Source: an uncultured Gemmatimonadales bacterium
GTDB taxonomy: Bacteria > Gemmatimonadota > Gemmatimonadetes > Gemmatimonadales > GWC2-71-9
NCBI GenBank assembly: GCA_963795085.1
Contig: CAWCFX010000006.1
Span: forward strand, 256,001 to 320,000
DNA length: 64,000 nucleotides
Direction: 5' to 3'
Translations under genes and position numbers: made by a program
Part shown: positions 31,031-40,789 of the stretch, in pieces
Position numbering within the stretch: position 1 is the first letter of the stretch
Layout: each line of letters starts with the position of its first letter
The notes under the pieces: generated by a model
Databases searched by the model: none
Seen by the model: only the letters and a program-made list of their open reading frames with translations
What the model was told of the DNA's origin: nothing

Positions 31031-32342
31031 CCTGCTGGCCGCCCGCGCCCAGATGGCGATGTCGCTCGGCTTCCATATCGTCTTCGCCATGATCGGGATC
31101 GCCATGCCGGCCATGATGGTGATCGCCGAACGGCGATGGATCCGGACCGGAGACGAGATCTACCGCGAGCTGGCCCACCGGTGGGCGAAGGGGACAGCCA
31201 TTCTCTTCGCGGTAGGCGCGGTGTCCGGCACTGTGCTCTCCTTCGAACTGGGGCTGCTGTGGCCCCGGTTCATGGAGTTCGCCGGGCCCCTCATCGGCAT
31301 GCCCTTCAGCCTGGAGGGCTTCGCGTTCTTCACCGAGGCGATCTTCCTCGGCATCTACCTGTACGGATGGGAACGCATCCCCCCGCGGGCCCACCTGATG
31401 GCCGGCATCCTGGTCGCGGTGAGCGGGGTGCTCTCCGGCATCTTTGTCGTCATCGCCAACGCCTGGATGAATACGCCGGCCGGCCTCACCATGGCCGGCG
31501 GGGAGGTGATCGCCGTCGACCCGATCGCCGCCATGGCGAATCCGGCCGCGTTCTCCCAGACCCTGCACATGACGCTGGCATCGTTTGCCGCGACCGGCCT
31601 GGGAGTCGCCGGGATCCATGCGTACCTGCTGCTTCGCCGCCCGGACAACGGATTCCACCGGCGGGCCCTGTCGATCGCCCTGCTGGTCGGCGCGCCGGCC
31701 GCCCTGCTGATGCCGCTCTCCGGGGACATCAACGCCCGGTTCATCGCGGAGCACCAGCCGGCCAAGCTGGCGGCCGCCGAGTCGCTGTTCGAGACCCGGG
31801 CCGGGGCCCCGCTCCTGATAGGCGGAATTCCCGACGTCGAATCCGGCACGGTGCGGTTCGGCCTGGAAATCCCCAAGCTGCTGTCCCTGCTCGCGCACCA
31901 CGATCCTGACGCCGTGGTCACCGGGCTGGACCGAATCCCCCGCGACGAGTGGCCCCCGGTGGCCATCGTCCATGTTGCGTTCCAGGTCATGGTGGGCCTG
32001 GGCACGTTCATGGCACTCCTGTCGGCGGTGGTCCTCTGGCTCCGGTTCCGCAGGCAGGACCTGGTGACGCGCCGGTGGTTGCTCCACGGGCTGGTGCTGG
32101 CGGCGCCGATGGGCTTTATCGCCACCGAGGCCGGGTGGGTGGTCACCGAGGTCGGGCGCCAGCCCTGGATCATCCGGGGCGTCATGCGGACCGCCGACGC
32201 GGTCACCCCGATGCCCGGCCTGGTCGTGACCTTCACGGTCTTTACCCTGCTCTACATCCTGCTGGCCGCCGCCGTCGTATGGCTGCTGTACCGGCAGATC
32301 GTCCGGAGCCCCGATGTCAGGGAGCCCGTGCCCGGTGCCTGA
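31023..32342 (+). CDS. cydA: Cytochrome bd ubiquinol oxidase subunit I
   Basis: FHIVF, QPAKLAAAE, FQVMVG and GWVVTEVGRQPW. Confidence 0.95.
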   Translation: MSDLLAARAQMAMSLGFHIVFAMIGIAMPAMMVIAERRWIRTGDEIYRELAHRWAKGTAILFAVGAVSGTVLSFELGLLWPRFMEFAGPLIGMPFSLEGFAFFTEAIFLGIYLYGWERIPPRAHLMAGILVAVSGVLSGIFVVIANAWMNTPAGLTMAGGEVIAVDPIAAMANPAAFSQTLHMTLASFAATGLGVAGIHAYLLLRRPDNGFHRRALSIALLVGAPAALLMPLSGDINARFIAEHQPAKLAAAESLFETRAGAPLLIGGIPDVESGTVRFGLEIPKLLSLLAHHDPDAVVTGLDRIPRDEWPPVAIVHVAFQVMVGLGTFMALLSAVVLWLRFRRQDLVTRRWLLHGLVLAAPMGFIATEAGWVVTEVGRQPWIIRGVMRTADAVTPMPGLVVTFTVFTLLYILLAAAVVWLLYRQIVRSPDVREPVPGA

Positions 32343-33387
32343 ACTCACGCCCGCCCTGCTGGTGGCCCTCGTCATCGTGATGGCGCTCAACGCCTATGCG
32401 CTGCTGGGCGGCGCCGATTTCGGGGGAGGGGTCTGGGACCTGTTCGCCTCGGGACCCCGCCGGGACCGCCAGCGCCACCTGATCAGCCAGGCCATGGGCC
32501 CCGTCTGGGAAGCCAACCATGTCTGGCTCATTCTGGTGGTCGTCCTGCTCTTCACCTGCTTTCCCGCGGCCTTCTCCCGGCTGGCCATCATCCTGCACAT
32601 CCCGCTCACGCTGATGCTGATCGGGATCGTACTGCGCGGCTCCGCCTTCACTTTCCGGAGCTACGATTCCCGCGCCGACCGGGTCCAGCGCCGCTGGGGC
32701 CGGATTTTCGCGATTGCCAGCCTGGTTACGCCGTGGCTGCTGGGATCCATGGTGGGGGCCATCGCGGCGGGTCGGCTGGCCGCACCGGTCCAGGCTCCTC
32801 CCGCCGGGTTCGCCGAAACCTACCTGCGATCGTGGTTCACGCCGTTTACGGTGGCGACGGGCACCTTTACGCTCGCGTTGTTCGCCTTTCTGGCCGCGGT
32901 GTACCTGGCGGTAGAGGCGAGGGAACCGGACCTCCGCGAGGATTTCCGGAAACGGGCCTTGCTGGCGGGCGGGGCGGTCTTCCTGGCCGCGGCGGCGGCG
33001 CTGCTGCTGGCGGGTCGGGGGAGCGGCGCCCCGCTGATGTGGCAGGGCCTGGTCGGGTCCCGCTGGGCGCTGAGCTTTCAGCTGGTGACCGGGGGCTGGG
33101 CGATCGCGTCGCTGGCGGCGCTCTGGTTTCGCCGCTACCGGACCGCCCGGGTGGCCGCGGCGGCCCAGGTGTCCTGCATACTCTGGGGCTGGGCGCTATC
33201 CCAGTTCCCCTACCTGGTACCGCCTGACCTGACCGTGAGCGGCGCGGCAGGCCCGGCGGTTACCCTCCGGCTGGTGCTGTGGACGCTGGCGGCCGGAGCC
33301 CTCGTCCTTATTCCCTCCCTCTACTACCTGTTTCGGGTCTTCAAGTCGGAGCGGGCCATGGGGACCCCCGCCGATTCGCCTCACTGA
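32335..33387 (+). CDS. cydB: Cytochrome bd ubiquinol oxidase subunit II
   Basis: GGADFGGG, PVWEANHVWLI and LRGSAF. Polytopic. GTG start at 32335. Confidence 0.93.
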   Translation: MPELTPALLVALVIVMALNAYALLGGADFGGGVWDLFASGPRRDRQRHLISQAMGPVWEANHVWLILVVVLLFTCFPAAFSRLAIILHIPLTLMLIGIVLRGSAFTFRSYDSRADRVQRRWGRIFAIASLVTPWLLGSMVGAIAAGRLAAPVQAPPAGFAETYLRSWFTPFTVATGTFTLALFAFLAAVYLAVEAREPDLREDFRKRALLAGGAVFLAAAAALLLAGRGSGAPLMWQGLVGSRWALSFQLVTGGWAIASLAALWFRRYRTARVAAAAQVSCILWGWALSQFPYLVPPDLTVSGAAGPAVTLRLVLWTLAAGALVLIPSLYYLFRVFKSERAMGTPADSPH

Positions 33388-34946
33388 GCCGATGCGCTGA
33401 CGCCCGACATCATCCGCTTGATCGGCTTGACCAGCAGCGCCAGCAGCACCGCCGCCACCGCCACGAACAGCGTGACCGCCGTAAAGATCTGGGCAGTCGT
33501 GAAATCCTCGTACACGCCGGCCACCTGGCCGCCCACGAAATTCCCCAGGGAGGTCGCGAGGAACCAGACGCCAAGAATGAGGCCGGCATACCGCACCGGG
33601 GCCAGTCTTGTCATCGCGCTGAGCCCGACGGGGCTCAGGCTCAACTCGCCCACCGTGTGCAGGAAGTAGGTCGTCATGAGCCACCCCGGGCCCACCTGCC
33701 CGCCCTCACCCGCCAGTTGCGCGGCGACGATCAGCACGGCAAACCCGGCGGCCAGGAAGAACAACCCGATGGCGAACTTGGCCGGGCTGGTCGGCTCCCG
33801 CCGCCCCAGCCAGATCCACAGCCATGCGAAGACCGGCGCCAGCAACAGGATCCAGAACGAGTTCGCCGACTGGAACCAGCTTGCCGGGAAGGCCTGCCCG
33901 AGCACCTCGGCCCGGGTGCTTCGCTGGGCGAAGAGATTCAGGGTGGACCCCGCCTGCTCGAACGCGGACCAGAACACGGTGGCGCCGAGGAACAGCACAA
34001 AGATCACGAGGTGTCGCTTGCGTTCTTCCTTGTCGCGGCTGCCCGCGGTCAGCAGCCACGCGAAAAAGGCCAGCGGGGTGATCGTGAGCAGGATGCCGAA
34101 CACCTTGTTCAGTCCGGGCAGCGCCTCGAACAGCTGGCGCGCCGCCAGCAGGATGAGGCCCGAAACGACCACAATACCGATGATGAGCCCCAGACTGGCG
34201 CCCTTGCGGGTGCGCTCGGGAAAGGGGTCGCCGGGCGTTTCGCCGGCGCCACGCAGGCTCGGCCGGCCCAGCAGGTACTGGACGATGCCCAGGAACATGC
34301 CTACCGCGGCGGCACCAAATCCCCAGTGCCAGGCCGATTCCGGCGTGAGGCCCCAGCCGGCGAGGATACTCCGGAACTTTTCGCTCTGGGCCAGCCACCC
34401 GCAGATCAGCGGGGCGATGAAGGCACCAAGGTTGATGCCCATGTAGTAGATCGAAAACCCGGAATCCCGGCGCTGGTCCTCCGGGGTGTAGAGCTGGCCG
34501 ACCATGGTACTGATATTGGGCTTGAGCAGCCCGGTCCCCATCACCACGAGAAAGAGCCCGGCCAGGAAATACTGGAGTCCGCTGATGGCCAGCGAGATAT
34601 GGCCCAGCATGATGATGATACCGCCCCAGAGGACCGCCCGCTGCTGGCCCAGCACCCGGTCGGCGAACCAACCGCCGGGAAGCGCGACCAGGTAAACCGA
34701 CGCGGTGTAGAGGCCGTAGATCGGCCCGGCGATGGCTGTCTCCAGTCCCATGCCCCCCATGGCGAGCGGGGCGGTCATGTACAGAATCAGAATCGCCCGC
34801 ATGCCGTAGTAGCTGAACCGCTCCCACATCTCAGTGAAGAAGAGCGTGGACAACCCCTTCGGATGGCCGAAGAACCGGGTGTCCAGCGCCGGCGCCGGGT
34901 GATCGGTCAGGGGCTGGTTGGCGGGCCCATCGGGCGGAGCGCTCAC
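33381..34946 (-). CDS. POT/PTR family proton-dependent oligopeptide transporter
   Basis: GHPKGL, EMWERFSYYGMR, GLLKPN, FSIYYMGINLG and GELSLSPVG. Confidence 0.95.
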   Translation of the reverse strand: MSAPPDGPANQPLTDHPAPALDTRFFGHPKGLSTLFFTEMWERFSYYGMRAILILYMTAPLAMGGMGLETAIAGPIYGLYTASVYLVALPGGWFADRVLGQQRAVLWGGIIIMLGHISLAISGLQYFLAGLFLVVMGTGLLKPNISTMVGQLYTPEDQRRDSGFSIYYMGINLGAFIAPLICGWLAQSEKFRSILAGWGLTPESAWHWGFGAAAVGMFLGIVQYLLGRPSLRGAGETPGDPFPERTRKGASLGLIIGIVVVSGLILLAARQLFEALPGLNKVFGILLTITPLAFFAWLLTAGSRDKEERKRHLVIFVLFLGATVFWSAFEQAGSTLNLFAQRSTRAEVLGQAFPASWFQSANSFWILLLAPVFAWLWIWLGRREPTSPAKFAIGLFFLAAGFAVLIVAAQLAGEGGQVGPGWLMTTYFLHTVGELSLSPVGLSAMTRLAPVRYAGLILGVWFLATSLGNFVGGQVAGVYEDFTTAQIFTAVTLFVAVAAVLLALLVKPIKRMMSGVSASAQ

Positions 34947-35039
34947 GGTGTGTGCCTTTGGCTCAGGAGGTATGCGGTGACCAGGGGCCGCTGCCGGGCA
35001 ACGCGTACGCGTCGCTCGGCACGGGCCACGGGCCACTTC

Positions 35040-35612
35040 TTACGGGTCATTCTTCTTCCCCAGTTTGCGCTTGAGCTGGGCGAGCTGCTCGTCGGCCGCG
35101 GCTTCGTAGGCCGCGCGATCCAGGCTGCTGCGCAGGAGATCGCTGCTGAGGTCGGTCTCGGGACGGGTACCCCCGGCCGCTTCGATGTCCCTCCAGGCCG
35201 CGCCAGCCGATGCGGCGCCGGCGCCCAGGCCCTGCTTGGCGGCCCGCAACTGGGCCGTCCACTCCGCGATGTCCCGTTCCGCCAGCACCAGTTCTTCCCG
35301 CTGGACCGCCAGCTTTCGCTCCAGGACCAGGCCGCGCTCCCGGTGCCGGGCGGCGTAGCGGCCCGCGAGGTCCATGGTTTCCTGGTCGGGAATCTCCGCG
35401 GCCATGCGTCCGCGCCGCTCGGCGTCTTCGAGCTGCCGCCGTTCCCCGGCCAGCTCGCGCTCGGTGGCCGCGACGCCGTCGCGCATCTGGGACAGAGAGA
35501 CCTTGGCTTCGATCAGGGCGTCCTGCAGCATGGCCGCGGAGGCTCGCGCGTCCGCGGGTGCGGTGTGCGAGGCCAGGAATTGCTCGATGCGGGAGCGAAG
35601 CCCGTCAAGCAC
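35040..35612 (-). CDS. Coiled-coil protein, PspA/IM30-like
   Basis: Heptad-rich helix and C-terminal ADEQLAQLKRKLG. The GTG at 35612 overlaps the upstream TAG. Confidence 0.6.
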   Translation of the reverse strand: MLDGLRSRIEQFLASHTAPADARASAAMLQDALIEAKVSLSQMRDGVAATERELAGERRQLEDAERRGRMAAEIPDQETMDLAGRYAARHRERGLVLERKLAVQREELVLAERDIAEWTAQLRAAKQGLGAGAASAGAAWRDIEAAGGTRPETDLSSDLLRSSLDRAAYEAAADEQLAQLKRKLGKKNDP

Positions 35613-35776
35613 TAGGATTTTCGGCCAGTCTTGGCATAGAAGGGGGTGAAGGTCCGCTCCACTTTGGCGGAACGGCACTCCGGGCAGGTTACCTTGGCGC
35701 GCTCATGGGCCGTGAGCGATTCGGTGCGGGTAAAATCGTGCCCGCAGGCGGCGCAGTGGTAGTCATACATGGGCAT
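35612..35776 (-). CDS. FmdB-family zinc-ribbon protein (54 aa)
   Basis: Below the ORF-track cutoff. Reads MPMYDYHCAACGHDF...VTCPECRSAKVERTF, a classic MPxYxYxCxxC...CPxC pattern. Confidence 0.88.
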   Translation of the reverse strand: MPMYDYHCAACGHDFTRTESLTAHERAKVTCPECRSAKVERTFTPFYAKTGRKS

Positions 35777-35885
35777 GGCAGACTCGGAGTCAAGTGAGAC
35801 GCTATCAAGGTTACCCGGACGCTCCCGGGAGCGTCAACTGCCGGCGAGCGTTTATCTTTGGGCGTTGCCTACCCGGAGCCGTCTG

Positions 35886-36365
35886 ATGACCGTGCGCCTG
35901 CCCGCCGCCCTGCTGGTCGCCGCCCTGGCCTGTTCTCGCGGTGATTCACCGCCCCCCTGCGGCCTGAGTTCCCTGGTCGGCCCGTCCCTGCTCCTGAGCG
36001 AGTTCAGCCAGGCCGGCCGTACCCTGGCCACGCCCCCGGCACGTCTCCCCGAACAAATGGTGGTCCGGCTGGTCGCGGGCCCGGCATATCCCGCCATCGC
36101 CGGGCGAGCCGACAGCCTCTGGGTCATTGGGGTCAACGGTACCCTGCCCCCCAATGTCACCCCGGCATTCGGCGTGTTGACCCTCGACCTGAACGAGCAG
36201 CCCCTCGGTGTGCTTCTCTATGAGAACGAACTCATCGAAGGCGCACCCACCCTGGGCACAGTGAACATCGGCAGCCTGGTCGTGCCGCTGATCGGCATCC
36301 GGGTGAACCCGGAGCGAATCCAGGAACCGCGCTGTCCCCTGTTTCCCGATTCGCTGGCGCCGTGA
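35886..36365 (+). CDS. Hypothetical lipoprotein
   Basis: MTVRLPAALLVAALAC lipobox. GTGA overlap with the next gene. Confidence 0.65.
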   Translation: MTVRLPAALLVAALACSRGDSPPPCGLSSLVGPSLLLSEFSQAGRTLATPPARLPEQMVVRLVAGPAYPAIAGRADSLWVIGVNGTLPPNVTPAFGVLTLDLNEQPLGVLLYENELIEGAPTLGTVNIGSLVVPLIGIRVNPERIQEPRCPLFPDSLAP

Positions 36366-37132
36366 GCCGCCCGCTGATCGGCATTTCGGGCTGGGTGCGG
36401 ACGCTCGACCGAATCGAGCGCGCCGGTGTCAACGCCGCCTACGTGTACGCCGTCGCCCGGGCCGGAGGAGTCCCCGTCGTGCTGACCCAGGCGGCAGGCC
36501 CGGGGGAGGCCGTGGCGCTGCTGGCGTCCCTGCAGGGGCTGGTGCTGACCGGCGGGCAGGATCTGCATCCCGAACGCTACGGCGCGGCACCGTCACCCCG
36601 GCTGGGCACGACCGACCCGGACCGGGATGGGTTCGAGTTGGCCCTGTTTCAGGCCGCCCGGGAAAGCGGTCACCCGGTGCTGGGCATCTGCCGCGGGCTT
36701 CAGCTCGTCAACGTGGCAATGGGCGGGACCCTCTGGCAGGACCTCCCTACGGAACGCCCCGGGGCGATCGACCACGACCCGGCGCTGGCCCGGGACGTCC
36801 GCTGCCACTCAGTCACGATCGACGAAGGCAGCGAACTCCGCGCCGTCCTGGGCACCGGCCGCCTGGAAACGAACTCGATTCACCACCAGGCGATTCGTGA
36901 CCTGGCGCCGGGCCTCACGGCGACCGCACGAGCCGATGACGGAGTAATTGAAGGGGTGGAAGGGGAACGGGCCGATGGCTGGCTGCTGGCCGTTCAGTGG
37001 CATCCGGAGGAATTCCACCGGCTTCCCGCAGCACCCGACCAGCGCCTCTTCGACGCGCTGGTGAGGGCCGCGGGGGTCGTCAGTGATTCTCCCGCCGGGG
37101 CGGGAACAGCACCCGGCCGCTTACCTGGTTGA
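36362..37132 (+). CDS. Gamma-glutamyl-gamma-aminobutyrate hydrolase family (peptidase C26, class I GATase)
   Basis: LTGGQD, GICRG, NSIHHQ and VQWHPE. Confidence 0.92.
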   Translation: MSRPLIGISGWVRTLDRIERAGVNAAYVYAVARAGGVPVVLTQAAGPGEAVALLASLQGLVLTGGQDLHPERYGAAPSPRLGTTDPDRDGFELALFQAARESGHPVLGICRGLQLVNVAMGGTLWQDLPTERPGAIDHDPALARDVRCHSVTIDEGSELRAVLGTGRLETNSIHHQAIRDLAPGLTATARADDGVIEGVEGERADGWLLAVQWHPEEFHRLPAAPDQRLFDALVRAAGVVSDSPAGAGTAPGRLPG

Positions 37133-37763
37133 GCGCCAGCCGCACGGTGGGAAACTGCTCCGAGGCGACCCGGAACACGCCGTCCAGCCCGTACTGGTCC
37201 GCCAGGGCATGGCCGGAAGCCTGGCCGAAGCCGCGGGCGCCCAGAGTCTCGTAGTAGGTCACATCGGGCCCGCCGCGGCGGACCTGCCGCGCCGCAATGT
37301 ATTCGGGATAGAGCCCGGCCAGCCACAGCGCGTAGTTGCCGAGGTGAGCCAGGACCTTGAAACGCCGGGCGCTCTCGGTGGCGTCCAGGTCGGCGAGAAT
37401 ATCGACCAGGTACTGATGCCGCTGGTCGTCGTTCCAGTCCACCCGCCAGGCCCGGTCCCGTTTTCCGAACTCGAGCAGCAGGGCTGCCACGTAATCGGCA
37501 AGGTCCCGGTCGCCACAGCCGGCCCGGACCAGGGCATGGCGCACCAACACATAGAAGAACAGCACCTCGGAGGGGACCAGGATGGACCGTACCGCGACCA
37601 GGCGCTCAAAGAGTTCCGGGACGTCCAGTAGCGCATCAGGGCCTTCGGTGGCGAGCCGCCGTTCGGCCGAGGCGCGGCGCGCGGCCGACCCCTGGCTGAC
37701 CAGCAGAACCACGAGATGCAGATCGCTGGCGGATAGCCGACCACGTGTGTTAGCAAGGATCAT
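37080..37763 (-). CDS. Conserved hypothetical helical protein
   Basis: ATG 37763 gives MILANTRGRL. Contains ADYVAALL.EFG, HLGNYALWLAGLYP and YYE..G. Codon bias is gene-like. Confidence 0.7.
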   Translation of the reverse strand: MILANTRGRLSASDLHLVVLLVSQGSAARRASAERRLATEGPDALLDVPELFERLVAVRSILVPSEVLFFYVLVRHALVRAGCGDRDLADYVAALLLEFGKRDRAWRVDWNDDQRHQYLVDILADLDATESARRFKVLAHLGNYALWLAGLYPEYIAARQVRRGGPDVTYYETLGARGFGQASGHALADQYGLDGVFRVASEQFPTVRLALNQVSGRVLFPPRRENH

Positions 37764-39713
37764 GTGAACGCTCCTGAAACGAACGCGGGTTCGTCCCGCG
37801 ACTATTCCGGGATCCTGCGGGCGCTGACGGCATTGAGCCGTGACCTCGCGGGAGTGCTGCGGCCGCAGGCGATCGTGGACCTGTTGGCCCAATCCCTTAC
37901 TGCACAATTCTCGCCAACAGCCCTGGGCATCGCTCTTTTTGACCTCGAGGCCAACCGGCCCCAGGTCCGGTACGCCACTTCTGGCCATGCCGATTGGCTG
38001 CCTGCGGCCCTGGACCGCGCCATGCGGGGCGATCCTCGCGCCGGCGGTGCCGCCGATTTGCTCCCCCCCGGCGACCCGATTCCGGCGGGTATGCCCGACT
38101 ACTGCCTTTCGGCGCCGCTGGTCGCCCGCCGCATCGTGAACGGCTCGGTGGTACTCGGCGGCACGCGGCCCTACCGGCCCGATGACCTTGCGGCTTTCGA
38201 CGCCTTCAGCGCCATCGCCAGCCAGGCCCTGGAAAGCGGCGCGATCATCGAACAGGCCGAGGCGGGCAAGCAGTCATGGGCCCAGACTGCTGACGCGCTC
38301 TCCTTCGCGCTCTGCCTGGTGGACGACCTGGGCCGGGTGCTCCGTGCGAACCGTGCTTTCGCCGAACTGGTCACGGCCACCGCCAGCGAGGTGATCGGCC
38401 GTCCTTGGATCACCCTGGTTCCTCCCGGCTGGGCCGATGGCATCCACACCGCATGGAACGCTCCCGGCAAGGAAGTGGACCTCCGGGTCGGACCCCGGTC
38501 CTACTCGGTCTCGGTTTTCCCCTCAGCCCGGGATTCGATGCGCGTCCTGGTGTTCCTGGACCGGACCGAGCGGCGCCGGCTGCAGGACCAGCTGATCCAG
38601 TCTGAAAAGATGTCCGCCGTCGGGCAACTGGTCGCAGGGGTGGCGCACGATCTCAACAACCCCCTCGCCTCGGTGCTCGGATTCGCCGATTTCCTGGTCG
38701 AATCCCCGGATGTTCCCGCCCATCTGCGGGAACCGCTTCGGGTAATCCAGCAGGAGTCACTCCGCGCCGCGACGATCGTCAAGAACCTGCTGGGCTTCGC
38801 CCGGAAGCAGGAACATGGGAGGCATTCTACCGCCATCCGTCCCCTGCTCGAAGCCACCCTCGGCCTGCTCCGTAACCAGTTGATGGCCGACCGGGTGGAG
38901 GTCCGGCTCGAAGCGGAACCGGGGCTGCCCCCGGTCCGGATCAACCCGAACCAGATCCAGCAGGTCTTCGTCAACCTGATCCACAACGCCTCCCAGGCCA
39001 TTGCCGCCTCGGGGAAACCCGGCTCCATCCACATCACCGCCCGGCAGGGGCTTCACGGCATGGTGATCGATGTCGCCGACGACGGCCCCGGGATGCCGGA
39101 GGATCTCGCCGTCCGGGTGTTTGAGCCCTTCTTCACTACCAAGCCAGAAGGACAGGGAACTGGCCTTGGCCTCAACATCTGCCAGGGCATCGTGAAGGAA
39201 CACGGCGGCCACATCAGCCTGGCAACCGCCCCGGGCTCCGGAGCGACCTTTTCCGTCGAACTGCCGCAGGTCAGGGCCGCCGAGGAGGAATCGCCGGCCC
39301 CGCCCGTCCCCGACACGCCCAGTATGCGGTTCCGGATCCTGCTGATCGATGACGAACCGCACATTCGGCACTATCTCCGTACCACCCTGGAGGCGTGGGG
39401 GCATTTGGTTGACGAGGCGGGGGACGGGCACTCCGGCCTGGAACTGGCCACGTCGGGACACTTCGACCTCATCATCAGCGACCTGCGGATGCCGGGCCTG
39501 GGGGGCCGCGAATTCTATGAGCGGCTGATGGAGGTGAGCCCTGCGCTGGGTCGGCTGGTCGTGTTCAGCACGGGCGACACCGTCCGGGGGGACACCCGCC
39601 AGTTCCTCGAGCGGGAAGGTCGCCCCTACCTCAACAAGCCTTTCAGCCTGGCGGAGCTTCGAAACCTGCTGGGCCTGGTCGCGTCCCAGCGGGCGCCGTC
39701 CCCACCCGCTTGA
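37764..39713 (+). CDS. Hybrid sensor histidine kinase (GAF-like, PAS, HisKA, HATPase, REC)
   Basis: H-box VAHDLNNPL, QQVFVNL..NA, DDGPG, FEPFFTTK and GTGLGL. C-terminal receiver (IDDE, DLRMP). Confidence 0.93.
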   Translation: MNAPETNAGSSRDYSGILRALTALSRDLAGVLRPQAIVDLLAQSLTAQFSPTALGIALFDLEANRPQVRYATSGHADWLPAALDRAMRGDPRAGGAADLLPPGDPIPAGMPDYCLSAPLVARRIVNGSVVLGGTRPYRPDDLAAFDAFSAIASQALESGAIIEQAEAGKQSWAQTADALSFALCLVDDLGRVLRANRAFAELVTATASEVIGRPWITLVPPGWADGIHTAWNAPGKEVDLRVGPRSYSVSVFPSARDSMRVLVFLDRTERRRLQDQLIQSEKMSAVGQLVAGVAHDLNNPLASVLGFADFLVESPDVPAHLREPLRVIQQESLRAATIVKNLLGFARKQEHGRHSTAIRPLLEATLGLLRNQLMADRVEVRLEAEPGLPPVRINPNQIQQVFVNLIHNASQAIAASGKPGSIHITARQGLHGMVIDVADDGPGMPEDLAVRVFEPFFTTKPEGQGTGLGLNICQGIVKEHGGHISLATAPGSGATFSVELPQVRAAEEESPAPPVPDTPSMRFRILLIDDEPHIRHYLRTTLEAWGHLVDEAGDGHSGLELATSGHFDLIISDLRMPGLGGREFYERLMEVSPALGRLVVFSTGDTVRGDTRQFLEREGRPYLNKPFSLAELRNLLGLVASQRAPSPPA

Positions 39714-40783
39714 TGCCCCGGATCGTCCACGTCGCCTCGGCTCGCGAATGGCGGGGCGGTCAGAACCAGGTACGGCTCCTGGTGCGGGCCCTGGCGGCCG
39801 ATCCGACCATCAACCAGGTGGTCGTGACCGGCGCGGATACCCAATTGGCGCACCGGCTCGAGGCCGGCGGGCTTCCGGTGGCCCTTACCGCCTGGCGGAC
39901 GGCCCTTGATCCGCGCGCCCTGGTGGCCGTCCTCCGGGAGGCAAGGCGGGCACCATCCATCCTGCATGCCCATGATGCTCATGCCCTGGTGCTGGCCGGG
40001 ATCGCAGCCCGTTTCACCGGGGCAAGGCTGGTGGTGACACGGCGGGTCGACTTTCACCTCCGCCGGCCCGGGTTCTGGCGCCGCGCCGACCGGGTGATCG
40101 CGATCTCCGGGGCCATCCGGGACATCCTGGTTTCGGATGGCCTCCCGGAGGACAGTGTCACGGTGGTTTACTCGGGAATCGACCCGGAAGAGGTTCGGGC
40201 CGCCCCTCTGGGCGGCGTGCGGGCCCTGTACCGGCTGGCACCGAATGTGCCCCTCGCGATCAACGTGGCCGCCCTGGTGCCTCACAAGGACCACGCAACG
40301 CTGGTGCGCGCGGCGGTGGAGACCAGCCGGGCATTGCCGGAACTGCACTGGGTAATCCTCGGCGATGGCCCGCTTCTGCCGGAGTTGACGGAACGGGTGC
40401 GGCAGGCCGGCCTGGACGAACGGATCCACTTCATGGGACAGGTGTCCAATGCCTGGGGGATGATCGCGGAAGCCGATGTGTTCGTGATGTCGTCCCGCGA
40501 AGAGGGGCTGGGAACCTCCATCCTGGACGCGATGGCGCTGGAGGTGCCGGTGGTCGCCACGCGGGCCGGCGGAATCCCGGAAATCCTGGAAGGGGGCGCC
40601 GGCCTCCTGGTACCACCCGGCGATGGCATCGAGTTGGGGCGGGCCGTCCAGCGCATGCTGGAGGAACCTGGATTGCGGCAGGAGACCAGGTCCGCCGCCA
40701 GCCGGCAGCTTGCCCGGTTCACGGCCCGGACCATGGCAGACGGGGTCGCCTCGGTGTATCGTTCGATACTCTCAACTGGTTGA
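39713..40783 (+). CDS. Glycosyltransferase family 4
   Basis: WRGGQNQ, HKDH and SREEGLGTSILDAM. Confidence 0.9.
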   Translation: MPRIVHVASAREWRGGQNQVRLLVRALAADPTINQVVVTGADTQLAHRLEAGGLPVALTAWRTALDPRALVAVLREARRAPSILHAHDAHALVLAGIAARFTGARLVVTRRVDFHLRRPGFWRRADRVIAISGAIRDILVSDGLPEDSVTVVYSGIDPEEVRAAPLGGVRALYRLAPNVPLAINVAALVPHKDHATLVRAAVETSRALPELHWVILGDGPLLPELTERVRQAGLDERIHFMGQVSNAWGMIAEADVFVMSSREEGLGTSILDAMALEVPVVATRAGGIPEILEGGAGLLVPPGDGIELGRAVQRMLEEPGLRQETRSAASRQLARFTARTMADGVASVYRSILSTG

Positions 40784-40789
40784 CGTATT

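Noticed and set aside
33279..35615. 778-aa plus-strand ORF
   Set aside because: It is antisense to the POT transporter and the coiled-coil gene.
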